A stretch of DNA of 64,000 nucleotides. Source: Phoronis australis (Eukaryota > Animalia > Phoronida). The position numbers were made by a program, and so were the translations under genes. Under the pieces are notes generated by a model. It had not been told where the DNA came from. It ran no database searches and saw nothing but the letters and a program-made list of their open reading frames with translations. Location: contig NMRA01000074.1 in assembly GCA_002633005.1 (NCBI GenBank), positions 501,425 through 565,424 on the forward strand. The letters are read 5' to 3'. Shown piece by piece: positions 11,591 through 26,000 of the stretch. Position 1 is the stretch's first letter. Every line of letters begins with the position of its first letter.

Positions 11591-14018
11591 TCCCAGAGGA
11601 CAAACCAAATCATAAACTGAGACTTTGACAGGCTAGATATCTCTGTAATCGGTTGCTGGACCTATGAACAAATGTGAGGCTCAAATCTGTTTTGGAGTGG
11701 ATTCTGTGCTTTTACCTGTGTTTGCATACTGAGGTCATTGTATTATCAGTATGCAGGTGGAATGCCGTGAATGAACGTAACATTAAAATGTGGCAATTTC
11801 AGAAAGGTCATTTGTTCACCGGTTACAGTGACAGATTTGCATGTAATCGTAAATAACTAAAAATACAAGACAGAGCGGAATATTTCAATTGCGTAATTAA
11901 TCTATAATGAGTCCAGTTACATTGTAATTTTGTAGGCAAGTATATAGTTAAACCAGGAGTGACCCGCAAACATAATTGGTGTCGCTTTGGGGGTAACGAC
12001 CCTTCGGAGTAAAGACAATTCAAAATATAGAACAAGGAAAACGGAGTTCACACAGTGACCATATTATTTTGGAATGAAGGTAGTTCAATCGGAGTAAGAG
12101 CGTAATACTGTGTGTATTGCATCTTCATACCAATTTAAAGAGCCGATACTACAGAAATGAAATCTTTGGAGAAACTGCCCTTCAGAATAACAATCCACCC
12201 CATCGATTCGCCGCCATAATATTATTCTATATACTAGCTTGAAGTTGGCGAATTGTTACGCTCATCGCCTCATGTATCTATTTTATGTTCTCCTTGGTAA
12301 ACAAGACGCAGACGTAAGAAGTCAGAAATTTATTCAAGAGTGTACTTTTGTCTATTTATTTTTCTAATAGAAGTGTTACAAGAATGCCTTATTTACAGAT
12401 TTATTGTCTTGTTATCAACCCACGTTGAGGTTAAACGGAGTCTTGAGTGAGACTATAAAATATAAAAACGTGTCAATATTTCGATCATTGACGTCGTCAA
12501 ATGAAAATGCGATCACTCCACCTCTCAGCGGGGGGTGTGGGGGATCAGTGCACATCAGAACAGAATTTGAGTACACCTACGCTTGATCACAAAGTTTAAA
12601 AGTCCCTTTCACTAGTGAATCTATCAACCAGTATTTTGGGATAACCTGAATGCTTAGACTAGAGGAAGAGGAGGCGAGGGCTTGACCGTTTTTCTCAAAA
12701 TCCTCTAAATACTTTTTTGGCTAAGGCTCTCAAAATTATGCTTCGCTGTCTTTGTAGCACGACTGAACATTATAATACTATCAGCTGATTGGCGATCAGC
12801 CCNCATTCCCAGAGGACAAACCAAATCATAAACTGAGACTTTGACAGGCTAGATGTCTCTGTAATCGGCTGCTGGACCTATGAACAAGTGTGAGGCTCAA
12901 ATCTGTTTTGGAGTGGATTCTGTGCTTGTACCTGTGTTGGCATACTGAGGTCATTATCTTATCAGTATGCAGGTGGAATGCCCTGAATGAACATAACATA
13001 AAATGTGGCAGTTTCAGAAAGGTCATTTGTTCACCTGTTACAATGACAGATTTGCATGTAATCGTAAATAACTAAAAATACAAGACAGAGCGGGATATTT
13101 TAATTGCGTAATTAATCTATAATGAGTCTAATTACATTGTAATTTTGTAGGCAAGTATATAGGGGTTAAACCAGGAGTGACCCGCAAACATAATTGGTGT
13201 CGCTTTGGGGGTAACGACCCTTCGGAGTAAAGACCCTTCAAAATATAGAACAAGGAAAACGGAGTTCACATAGTGACCATATTATTTTGGAATAAAGGTA
13301 GTTCAATCGGAGTAAGAACGCAATACTATGTGTACTGCATCTTTATACCAAAGAGCAGATGTAACTACAGAAATGAAATCTTTGGAGAAGCTGCCCTTCA
13401 GAATAACAATTCACCCCATCGATTCGCCGCCATAATATTGTTCTATATACTAGCTTGAAGTTGGCGAATTGTTACGCTCATCGCCTCATGTATCTATTTT
13501 ATGTTCTCCTTGGTAAACAAGACGCAGACGTAAGAAGTCAGAAATTTATTCAAGAGTGTACTTTTGTCTATTTATTTTTCTAATAGAAGTGTTACAAGAA
13601 TGCCTTATTTACAGATTTATTGTCTTGTTATCAACCCACGTTGAGGTTAAACGGAGTCTTGAGTGAGACTATAAAATATAAAAACGTGTCAATATTTCGA
13701 TCATTGACGTCGTCAAATGAAAATGCGATCACTCCACCTCTCAGCGGGGGGTGTGGGGGATCAGTGCACATCAGAACAGAATTTGAGTACACCTACGCTT
13801 GATCACAAAGTTTAAAAGTCCCTTTCACTAGTGAATCTATCAACCAGTATTTTGGGATAACCTGAATGCTTAGACTAGAGGAAGAGGAGGCGAGGGCTTG
13901 ACCGTTTTTCTCAAAATCCTCTAAATACTTTTTTGGCTAAGGCTCTCAAAATTATGCTTCGCTGTCTTTGTAGCACGACTGAACATTATAATACTATCAG
14001 CTGATTGGCGATCAGCCC
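11591..14018. repeat. ~1.21-kb direct duplication (11591-12802 / 12807-14018) around a single N; probable assembly/haplotype artefact
   Basis: The copies flank n at 12803; their first halves differ by SNPs and indels while the second halves look identical. Confidence 0.85.
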
Positions 14019-15715
14019 AAATGCCAAATCGGAGCAATGACGCCTTCCCGTGGTTGCTTGGTTCAAGAACGGCTTGAGTTTATAATTGTCCCTTTGAAAC
14101 ATCGTTTAAATCGTCAATCTCGCCGCTACAAAACTCGTTCCTTGCTCAAATGAGAAGTGATTTTATTCTTACAAAGAGTCCACATTTCGTTATCGAATGA
14201 CTCGCCGTTACAGCCAATGTGTAGAGCTTCGCCTCAAGCGCAGTATAACGTTTTGTCCAAGTCCGGAAATCCGGCCACCTTCGACTAAGGAATAATTTGA
14301 ATCCAATTTCATCGTGTGTCTTTTTTCTGACGAGTTAACGGATGCATTCCCATTTTTTTTAAGTTCGTAAGCTCAACGAGTAGTAAATATTATAGTCATT
14401 TGTGTTGCTTTCTGCTTGACTTAGTAGAGACAGAGTGGAAGTCCCACTCGATTGCGTTGATAGATGTTTAGATGTACACGAGTAAACAGAATGAAGGAGT
14501 GGAAATAAACAAGACTTCAATGCATTCCGGCACTATAATTAAACGAAAATGGAATTTGGCTTGTTTTTAGGATAGATTAACAACACCCATTTTTCTTCCC
14601 AGTAGATGTCGCAATGAAGTACAGAGGGAATATCTTTCGACTTTAAAAATCTCGAGAGGCCAATAAAATTCAAATGCATTGGCCTGGTTAAGGCTGCGAC
14701 AGGATAAGGGACTATAAAACTGCTTGGGTGACACCACACTACACTTGTTTAGAGACCAGTGGAGGATAGACGAGATTGACTGAATCCAACATATACAACG
14801 AGTCGGGACGGTAAGATAATCTGGGTAGAGTTCAGTAACGCTAGTACCTCGCTACAAAAGCAAGACTTCACGAGATTACGGTACCATATATATTGAGTAC
14901 TTTCCATGAGAGCACGTGATTTTAACAAGATTTTTATCGCCGCGAGTCAGCTATTGAATTCTGCCCCGTTTTGTGGAAGTCTGCTATTCAGAACAATTGT
15001 CCGGATAATGTATGTTAAGGGGTTGCAGTATCGATAGATTTGGGAGAGTGGTACGTTATCTAGCAGAGAATATTGAAACTTGCATTCCTTTGTTCTACTC
15101 TCTAGTCCAACAGAAAGACTATGACGACAAAACTACACTTCCCGAGTAGAAATTTAGTGATCGAGTTTAATACATTGAACTGCGACGCTTTCAAAGACTT
15201 CTGAATCTTGACAATACTCAAGACAACGGTCGGATATACATGCAGCTAAGGCTAATAGGAGTTTGCCGGTCAGGGATAATTTGGAGTGAAACGAAATGGT
15301 TTTCAAAAACAAGAGAGCGTGTATTCATGCGATTGTGAGACTTACAGTTACAAAAATACGCCGTTGGTTGCAACAATATTGCATCCTTATATCACATAAG
15401 GGATGAGACAAATAGCCGAGAAATTTTACCATTGTATCTTTAAAACTCAATCCCCGCAAGCGCATTTTTAATTTGAAACTGGAATGATTTCTATTCAAGC
15501 CGATGGAACATCCCCTGTATATGAAAACCAATTTAAATGACAGTCAAGTCGAGGATATTAGAGAAATTGGAATTTTAAAGTGGTGTTCATATCTAATTTT
15601 CTTCTCCATCACAAAGATACAAAATTTTGGTACACCATATAACTTTCAAAGTATAGAAAAAGCAACAAAAGCGATAGCGCTAAAAATCAGTCCACTTGCT
15701 TTTAGCTGAGTAGCT

Positions 15716-15865
15716 CTGTGGTGGATTAAGGGGAATGGGGCCATGGCCGCCTAAAATTCTTCCAGATTCCGTTCGTCTGTTCGTGAGTGCGAATGTCTGA
15801 CGGTCAAAATTCTGGCTAATACTCTGCCCTGCCCCCCCAACAAAAAACTCCTGGATCTGCCTCTG
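15716..15865 (-). mobile_element. MITE (internally deleted copy of the 59783-60082 family)
   Basis: ctgtggtggatt...cctggatctgcctctg flanked by tagct/tagct; matches the reverse complement of both ends of the 59.8-kb element. Confidence 0.65.
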
Positions 15866-16180
15866 TAGCTGGCCAACTATTATAATGCTACCCTTCAATC
15901 CGCTCATGGCGAGGAATGAAGCTTTTAACATAGCCAAGCTTCTGATACAACAATTGCAATTTAACTGGAAAACGCCGGGTAGTTAATACAACAAGGGTCT
16001 CCAGGACAGGCCAGTAAAACTACTTGTTCTACCGACAAACGGTTTGAATGGAACATTCAATGAACAACAGCTTAGTATGTTAGCATTCGGGTAGATGCAG
16101 ATGCAGAACCACGAACCGGGTGTAATCCCTCATCCACACCAAAAAACAACGAAACAAAAACAGTGCGTGACACTTGCTCA

Positions 16181-16346
16181 ATATAAGCTAATGTACCAAT
16201 AATGCAATCGATGTCCAGAACCACAACTTAATAAAGCCCTCGTTTCTTAACTAAACGAACCGTCTAAAACAGAGGCCGTGCGTGGAACACGTGTGAAAAC
16301 CAATAACGCACCTGAACCTTTACCATATTATTACACCCAGCCGCAG
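16181..16346 (+). promoter_or_regulatory. putative TATA box and non-coding first exon of the lectin/TSP1 gene
   Basis: atataag at ~16181 and a cag|gtgaga donor at 16346; the ATG exon has a clear acceptor at 17012, so an upstream UTR exon is expected. Confidence 0.35.
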
Positions 16347-17027
16347 GTGAGAGGGTTTTCGCTATCTTAGCATTGTCAAATTCGACCAGTGACTTAACAT
16401 GGAGGAGTTATTGTTCTTCGGTTGTCAAACAGAACTTAATATGCCCGTTTTCTTTGGCGACATGTCACTTAATTTATCATTAGCAGCAAAACGGTTTACG
16501 ATTTAGAGGCGTACTTTTAAATAACGGCGTTTCATAAATAATTCTTTTATTTAAATGTTTTTAAATGCTGCTGTAGTCTTGCCAAAACGGACCGTGTTTT
16601 TTTGAGCGCCAGGCATGACATTAGTTTAGGCGTATCGGAACTATGCTGTTTGAAGGTTGTTGTAGTATACCGAAAGACGTTATCTTTCTCTCTTCTTTGC
16701 ATTTCACTGTCGATGCAACGTCTACAGTGTTTCTTCGTTTTCTGTTATTGGTTGGTGCTTTGCCTGGCTGCTTTTTGCTTTCAACGAATTTTCCATATTT
16801 TGACCAAATCTGGGAAAGACAACTCCCTCCACATATATTAATTTTCCTTACGTCTGATCAGGCTACTTACATACTTACATATGGCAAAATATATTTCAAA
16901 ATGGAACTTGGAGATGCACGTACATGTACACCGTGTATGTAAAACAATTATTGCAGCCTACATGGAACAAGTATAAATATAAAATGTAAATTTGTGCATT
17001 TTGTCTTTTCAGAATTCATGCAGAGCA

Positions 17028-17094
17028 ATGTTCATGAGGCTCTTATCAGCGGTGATCGCCATCTTGAGTGTGGTATCAGGCGCTAGCTTGAATG
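17028..17094 (+). CDS. signal-peptide exon
   Basis: Acceptor at 17012; gcaATG; [22 protein letters not shown]; G|gtaagc, phase 1. Confidence 0.82.
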
Positions 17095-20000
17095 GTAAGC
17101 AGGCGAAATTACCGTCAAAACGTGTGCTTTTAAGAGTTTGTGGAGCGAATATTCCTCCCTTAAAACACTTTTATCCAAAGGCAAGAGAAAAATCCATTCT
17201 GTGCTAACTAACAACAAAAATATAAAAGTAGACCTACCAAAATCCCACTTCTAAAAAGAGTCCTAGATGGAGCACCAAAATGTCCACAGGATACAAAGAC
17301 GCGGGTTCCTGAAAGACGGAACGCCTTGCTAATTTCAACAAAAGTACAATGTACATGAGAAATTCTTGTGGTTCTGATGAAAAGTTCCTACTGGTTTGGT
17401 GAGTTCACGCAGATCTGTGCTAGACATCGCAATCTAACACATACAAAGCACGTGATTTCACTGGGTTTCAATTGATAGTATAATGGGATAAAGAACAGGC
17501 TCCCAGGCAAAACAGGCTCGAAACCAAGAGTTGCACGTAGAATGTTTCTTATTTGCTACAATCACAATACCTTCAGTAGTGTTAGCCAATTGACATACGA
17601 CGTTTGTGAATACTCGAGAGTTCAAAGAATTCGTAATTTTAACGTGTATATTTGACAGGTCCCGGATCATGCACAGAAAACGACAACCTCTACACCATCT
17701 CCAACAGAGATTGCACGTGCTTCCACCAACTTGACACGACGAACGGTAACAACGGATATCACAGATGTCCCGCCGGTCTTACATTTAACCCTGCTGTTTG
17801 TGTCTGTGACTGGCCGAGAAACTCAGAATGCAGAGGGGCGACGACAGATACGTGTCCCCCGGCACCAACCACGATGCCGGCAACTACGATGACTCCTGTC
17901 AGTAAGTGTTAACTCTATTTATAGCTTTTACTGCAACGTTGAGTGGAGTTTTTGGCTAAGATTTTCTTTTGAACAAACAGGTCACTTAATCAAATCTCTT
18001 CTATGCTATGCTCTCCGGCACCTCTTCAAAGTCTGTCAATGCTATTGTTTGTATTGATTTCATGGTCAAAAACTCTGATTTCGCTAAAAACTCATGCAGC
18101 CTATTTTTGGAAAACAAATATCTAATTTCCGATTCTTGTTTTGGATGTGTCCCTATCTCTTCAGTGCGAGGAGTATATCACCTTGAACTACATGTACACC
18201 ATGGGCCGAGTGGAGTCCACCGATTGGTTTATCTAGAAGATTCATAACCGCAAATTGGATTAACTGGAGCTTCCTCGTAGTTTAACAGTTCTGGTTGGTG
18301 GCCGTAAAAAGGCGGAAACATTCCTTACGTTCTTTTATTTACTAAATTTCAGAATCTTCAGTTGTGTGTGAACATCAGTCGATGTCGCTTTCCTGCGGTG
18401 CAGCAGATGATGTCTTGGCAATAATTTCTGCTACCTATGGACGAAACGATGCAAGCACGTGCATCGGAAACGGTCGACCGGTAAAGACAACGAATTGCAG
18501 CGCGTCAACATCACTTGGCGTGGTCAGGCGATTGTGTGACGGCAAGAGGCAGTGTTCAGTTTTGGCAGGGAACAGAGTTTTTGGCGATCCCTGTTACGGG
18601 ACATTTAAATATCTTGCTGTAGAATACAGATGCAGGCCCATGGAGATTGTGACGACAGCACCAGGTAATGTAAATTCGGTAATACTGTTAATTTAATGAA
18701 TGCCAATGTCATTTGTCTCTTAATGCCATATGTCATTGAGTGAATTGAGTGTTCTTTAAGGTTGTGCATTTAATTTCTTTAAGCTGGCCCCGGTACGTGC
18801 GAGGAAAACGGTAACCGCTACACCATTTCAAACCAAGATTGTACGTGCTTCCACCAAGTAGACACAACCAACGGTAACAACGGATATCACAGATGTCCCG
18901 CCGGTCTCACATTCAACCCTGCCGTTTGTGTCTGTGACTGGCCGAGGAACTCAGAATGTAGAGGAGCGACGACAGATACGTGTCCCCCGGTACCAACCAC
19001 GCTGCCAACAACTACGATAACTCCTAGCAGTACGTCTTAGCTGTATGTCATGGCTGTTATTGAAACGTTGAGCAAAATTTTTAACCAATGACATTTTCCT
19101 GTGAAAGAACAAGTCTCTTCCTCAAATCGCTTCAATGCTATGCTCTTCGACACCTCTTGATCGTCCGTCAATGATGCTGTCTGAATTAATGGTCAGAAAC
19201 ACTGATTTTGTCAAAGAGTCATGATGCAGCGCATTCGTTGAAAAGTAATATCTTATTTTTGTATTACATGTAGCTGTAACCCTTTGTTTTGCTTCTTTAG
19301 TGCAAGGAGTTCATGTTCGAAATAGCACCATGAGCCGAGTGAAGTTCACCGATTGATTAATTTAGAAGATTTATGGCCGTGAATTTAATAAACTGGAGTT
19401 TTGATGTAGTTTAACATTTCCGTTTGAGGCCTTAAAACGGCGAAAACATTCCTTACGTTCTTTCGTTTACTACATTTCAGCATCTTCAGTTGTTTGTGAG
19501 CATCAGACGATGTCGCTTTCCTGCAGTGCAGCAGATAAAGTATTGTCAATAATATCGGCAACCTATGGACGAAACGATGCCAGCACGTGCACCGGAAATG
19601 GTCGACCGATAAAAACAACGAATTGCAGTGCCTCAACATCACTTGGCGTGGTCAGGCAATTATGCGACGGCAAACGACAATGCTCAGTCTTGGCAGGAAA
19701 CACAGTTTTTGGCGATCCCTGTCTCGGGACATTTAAATATCTTACTGTCAACTACAGATGCAGGCGCTTGGATATTGTGACGACACCACCAGGTAATGTA
19801 AATTCGGTAATGCCGTTAGCCTTGTGAATGTCAGTGTCACCTGTCTTTTGATATTACGTTAATGAGTGAATTAGAGTATTCTTTAAAGTAGTATTTTTAA
19901 TTAATCTAAGCTGGTCCCGGCTCGTGCGAGGAAAACGGTAATCGCTACACCATCTCTAACCGAGACTGCACGTGCTTCCACCAAGTGGACACTACCAACG

Positions 20001-23000
20001 GCAACAATGGATATCACAGATGTCCTGCAGGTCTCACATTCAACCCTGCTGTCTGTGTGTGTGACTGGCCGAGGAACTCGGAATGTAGAGGTGCGGCCAC
20101 AGACACATGTCCACCTGGACCGACCAAGATGCCAACAACTACAGTGCCATCTAACCGTAAGTATTAAACGTTACATTGCTTTTTTGGTTCAAAATCAATT
20201 GAACTTTTCACCACCGTGCAACACAGTATTTTATTAACTGGCAAGTTTAATTCGTTGAAGCTGGTCCCGGCTCGTGCGAGGAAAACGGTAATCGCTACAC
20301 CATCTCTAACCGAGATTGCACGTGCTTCCACCAAGTGGACACAACCAACGGTAACAACGGATATCACAGATGTCCCGCCGGTCTCACATTCAATCCTGCT
20401 GTTTGTGTCTGCGACTGGCCGAGGAACTCAGAATGTAGAGGAGCGACGACAGATACGTGTCCCCCGATACCAACCACGCTGCCAACATCTACGATAACTC
20501 CTACCAGTAAGTCTTAGCTGTATGTCCTGGCTGTTACTGAAACGTTGAGCCACGTCTTTAGCCAATGAGATTTTTCTGTGAAAGAACAAGTCTTTTCCTC
20601 AAATCGCTTCAATGCTAAGCTCTTCGACACCTCTTGATCGTCCGTCAATGATATTGTCTGAATTTATGGTCAGAAACACTGATTTTGTTAAAGAGTCATG
20701 ATGCAGCGCATTCGTTGAAAAGTAATATCTTTTTTTGTATTAGCTGTAACCCTTTCTTTTGCTTCTTCAGTTCAAGTAGTTCATGTTCGAAATAGCACCA
20801 TGGGCCGAGGGAAGTTCATCAATTGGTTAATTCAGAAAATTCACGGCCGTGAATTTGATAAACTGTTGTAGTTTAACATTTCCGTTTGAGGCCTTAAAAC
20901 GGCGGAAGCATTCCTTACGTTCTTTCGTTTACTACATTTCAGCATCTTCAGTTGTTTGTGAACATCAGACAATGTCGCTTTCCTGCAGTGCAGCAGATAA
21001 AGTATTGTCAATAATTTCGGCAACCTATGGACGAAACGATGCCAGCACGTGTACCGGAAATGGTCGACCCATAAAAACAACGAATTGCAGTGCCTCAACA
21101 TCACTTGGCGTGGTCAGGCGATTATGCGACGGCAAACGACAATGCTCAGTCTTGGCAGGAAACACAGTTTTTGGCGATCCCTGTCGAGGGACATTTAAAT
21201 ACCTTACTGTCGAATACAGATGCAGGCGCTTAGATATTGTGACGACACCACCAGGTAATGTGAATTCGGTAATGCCTTTAACCTTGTGAATGTCAGTGTC
21301 ACCTGTCTTTTCATATTACGTTAATGAGTGAATTACAGTATTCTTTAAACAAGTATTTTTAATTTATTTAAGCTGGTCCCGGATCGTGCGAGGAAAACGG
21401 TAATCGCTACACCATCTCTAACCGAGACTGCACGTGCTTCCACCAAGTGGACACTACCAACGGCAACAACGGATATCACAGATGTCCCGCCGGTCTCACT
21501 TTCAACCCTGCTGTCTGTGTGTGTGACTGGCCGAGGAACTCGGAATGTAGTGGTGCAGCAACAGATACGTGTCCACCTGGACCGACCACCTTGCAAACAA
21601 CTACAGTGCCATCTAACAGTAAGTGTTAAGCATGACACTGCCTTTTGGGACATAATCGAGTTAAATTTTCAGCACCATACAGCACAGAATTTTAATAACT
21701 GGCATGCTTAATTCGTTTAAGCTGGTCCCGGCTCGTGCGAGGAAAACGGTAATCGCTACACCATCTCTAACCGAGACTGCACGTGCTTCCACCAAGTGGA
21801 CACGACAAACGGTAACAGTGGATACCACAGATGTCCTTCGGGTCTCACATTCAACCCTGCTGTTTGTGTTTGTGACTGGCCGGGGAATTCTGAGTGTAGA
21901 GGAGCAGCCACAGACACGTGTCCACCAGGATCAACCACGTCACTTCCTCCAGGTAATGAGGTGAATTGTAAAAGAATGCACACCAAACGAGATTAACGAT
22001 GATCAAGAGAACATGAAGAAAAGTTGTCGTTGAAAGTTAGAAAACGCCCTCCGTAATAATTCTTAATCGACAGTATCTACAGTCGTATGAGTTTTGTCGT
22101 GTGTTTGTTTCCACCTGCTCGTCATCAATTAAAAACTGACTCTTCCGCACGCTTTTTGGTGAAACGGTACTAAAAATCACCATTTGTAACGAAAAAAATC
22201 TCTTACCGGCACTGAGCTCTTTTTAAAAACGGAAGATAATACAAATCTCTTGGAAATACTTTGTAAATTTCAATAGCAAAATCTCCCGAAAATGGCAAAA
22301 GGTTAGCCAACTGAAGCAAAAATATTACTGTAACAAGTAGGCTGAATTTAAAAGTGAGATAACTTGAAAGTGCTGCTAGTCTTTAAACAACCTTTAATGA
22401 GGGCATTGAAACTCCCAAGAAATATGCAAAAATCGCTAACCAATACCTACTTTTCGTTACAGTTAATGGCGGCTGGTCCGATTGGTCCGAGTGGGAAGAA
22501 TGCAGCGCCTCCTGTGGTGGCGGAACGCAATCTCGTATTCGCTTGTGCAACAATCCAGTCCCAGCCAACGGCGGTGCCAACTGTGCTGGAGTCGACATGG
22601 AGCAGAGAGAATGCAACACGCTTGGCTGTCCAGGTACGATGCGCACGTCAAAGCACATTGCCAANACAGGGAGCAGAGAGAATGCAACACGCACGGCTGT
22701 CCAGGTACGATGCGCACGTCAAAGCACATTGCCAAGTAAGACACCGTCTTGAAGCAATTCAGACATGTCTGTGGCTTACGAGGCAGCAACTCCACTTCGA
22801 CAAAACGCGCCTATATGCGCTTAAGAGCTAAACTTTGCCCTGTTCATCTTCTCGAAAGCGAAAAAGAACGAGACCTGTCTCAAAATATTCCTCATCGAGA
22901 TAGGGCTTGCTTTCTTTTACCCAACCCTCATCAGGTCAAGAAACGTGTAGCAAAATTGTTGATTTTATTTGGGTTGGCCATCCTTGAAGCTAGGAAAATA

Positions 23001-26000
23001 TTGCACAACGGTAATTATTTCTCGTGAGTACGCAGACCAGCTGTTGGTTTTGTCTTTTCGGTTAAAACCTCGAAATATGTCTAAAGCGACAACTGACCTG
23101 GGTGAAATTCATCTTTAAGTTGAACCCTATTTAGACGGTTGCCATAACTGATACTAACTCTCGTATCGCCACGAGTTTAGAGTAATGCTACTAATATGTA
23201 GGCCTATGGAGATTGATTGATTCGTCTAAAGCGGTAGTCACGGTTTCAGATTTAGACTTTGCAAACAATTTTTAACGTCTTCCAAACTTTTGAAAATCGA
23301 CATTGGTAAATAAACATTCTTGTATCAAACAATTATTCTAGTGGTAGTTTAAATCTATTCGTAGGTTAAGCGGTATTAGGTACAGTGTCTACACTAGAAA
23401 CTGTTCTGAAGACTGTAACCATCTGCAAAGTATAAACCTTTCCTGAACTCAGCCAGATGGCGTCTGGAGTCATTAGTCCCGTGTGGCCAGTTGTCATTGA
23501 TTCGCAAAAATTTCTCTTATTGGTCACTGGAAAAGCAAAGCAATTTCACACCCGTCTTTTCCCGGATGGACCGAACCTCATGCGTGGGCATACCACATTC
23601 ATGTGATACTCTTCTCCTAGTGATTTAATACGTACAGTGTATTGTGATTCATGTGATGTACATACGTTATGGGTGATTATGTATTACGGACCGTGCTGGA
23701 GCTAAAGAAATGGGATAGAAAAATTACGTTTATTGACGAAAAGTTTCGCAGTTCTGTCAGATGTCGCCATCATGGAGTTGGTGAACATCTTTTGTGAAAC
23801 AACGAATATTTTCCTTCAATAACCTCTCTCTTATGGATGATAATTCATTTCGCAGTCAATGGCGGTTGGGCAGACTGGTCTCAGTGGGGGAACTGCAGTG
23901 CCACTTGTGGTGGCGGGCGCCAAATAAGAGTGAGGTCCTGCACCAATCCATCTCCTGCCAATGGGGGCGCTGGTTGTCAAGGACTTAGTTTGGAGGACAG
24001 ATTCTGTAACGTGCAACCATGTCCAGGTACTCTGAATTTCTTCTCAAAGTCACATGTAAGCGATTGAAACTGATAGAAATCTTTAATAACGATTCCATTC
24101 CGTGCAGTATTAGTTGTTGTCCATAAAACTAATAGAAAAACTGTTTACGATTGATGACGTCTGACTGGAGTTGAGCGAAATTTTTGTTACGGTAAATGTC
24201 TATGTATATGTGAACGCAAACATAAATGTAATCGTACTCAATTAGTCGTTTCACTTATGCTCACTTTGAAGCCTTAAGTGGTGTATTTTATAAGCGTATT
24301 ACGAGTAACAGGTTAGAATGCATCCTGCAAGTGAATCAGTAAATTCAAGAGTTGTAAACCAGCTGTTACCACTCCACAGACTATTGCAAGACACACATCA
24401 CTCTTGTTTTTGAATCTGAACGACTACACCCGGCACTCTTACACCAAGCAATTTTTGTGCATGTGACCGGAAAACAATACATAAAAACAGGGCTGCACAC
24501 TTCTGTCCCTTTAGTGGATAAAAAAGCGACCCGTGGCGAGAGTGCCCGTATGAAGTCAGTGTTGAAGGTATTTGTGCGTTATAATTGTTTTAGTGGCGTG
24601 TGGTAAGTGTTGATGTCCATTCCTCTAAAACCACCATTCTGCATCCTGACTACATCTACCAATTATAGCAACAATGACAACAGCGTCCCCGTGCTTGCAT
24701 TGTGGTCGGTATGTCGGTTGCATTAAAAGTAGTAAATGAAAGTATACAAATGGTATGCAAGTCCACGTACTGTACATGTAAGGTAGACAGAACGGATGTG
24801 TCATCTTTTTTTGGTGTTAGGGTTTATGAGACGACCACTAACGACTGTCAGGAGGTGTTCCAAATTATACGATGTAAACTCTCACCTGAGTGAATTTCTG
24901 CGATCAATGGTCTTTACACATTCTGTCCACTGTACGCTACAAAATAGGTAGATTTATTCCTTGTAAGCAAGCCACCGGTCCCTTACACATACATGTACAC
25001 TCACATGCGTACAAACACACGGTTTTAGCGTTTACAAGTTTATAATTGCCCTCTTAAGCTTACCACTGGTCGTCTTCGGTTTAGTCAATGGTGGATGGTC
25101 TGGTTGGAGTATCTGGGGAACCTGCAGCGCGATCTGTGGAGGAGGTTCTCAGTCGAGGTCGAGGTCGTGCACAAATCCTGCCCCTGCCTTCGGTGGTGAA
25201 GATTGCGCGGGTTCTTCAACTCAGGAAAGGGACTGCGGCACTTTGCCCTGTCCCGGTAGGTTCAAATCATTTCTAACCAAGGAACTACCCGGACTGCATG
25301 TTTTCCCGAGTGAATTCCATTGAAATATGGGTATTTTAAACATCAGAATTTTATTATCAAAAGGGTACTCCTTGGCTTGTTGTTGGGAAGGAAAGTGGTT
25401 CAGTTTGAACTGGAATGAAACAGATGTGCATCGGAGACAAATGCTTGAAATTATATTCCAAGCACACCACTAAGATCACACTTAATTAAACTGTAAGCTG
25501 GAAACCACAAATTTTCCTAAGCAAGGAATAATTTTGACTTAGTGGAAACATTAGCTGCGGGCATATACACACGGCGGACATTTTTGAATGAATAACTTGA
25601 ATAAAGCTAAGGTCAACAGAGTATGTAGGCGCTAAAAGCGAATGTTACGTGAGATGTTTGTTACATGTACATCGAGAAATAAAGAGGTTATCATTTTACA
25701 AGATCAATGGTTGAAAAGGGTTATCAGCAAAAAGTTAGACCAGTTGATGCTAATTGCCGCATATAAAGGTTACATGGCATGGCGTGTGTTGTTCCACTCA
25801 ACCCGACTCAGTAGAAAGCAGAGTTATCGGAAACAATTTTATTTTATTCTTTCAATGTAGTTAATGGCGGCTGGTCTAACTGGACCTCCTGGGGGACATG
25901 CAGCGCCACTTGCGGTGGCGGGAAACAGTCCAGATCAAGAGCATGTAACAATCCTGCACCGGCAAACGGTGGCGCACAGTGTGTTGGCGACGGAGTGGAA

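Noticed and set aside
11591-14018. 1.2-kb tandem duplication as a real segmental duplication or LTR pair
   Set aside because: The copies flank a single N, as do two other duplications in the window, which is typical of unmerged heterozygous contig ends. Long reads would decide.
22599-22734. Extra partial TSP1 exon
   Set aside because: A 66-bp repeat of the exon end on both sides of n at 22665; likely an allelic overlap artefact (Leu/His variant), although a gap could hide more exons.
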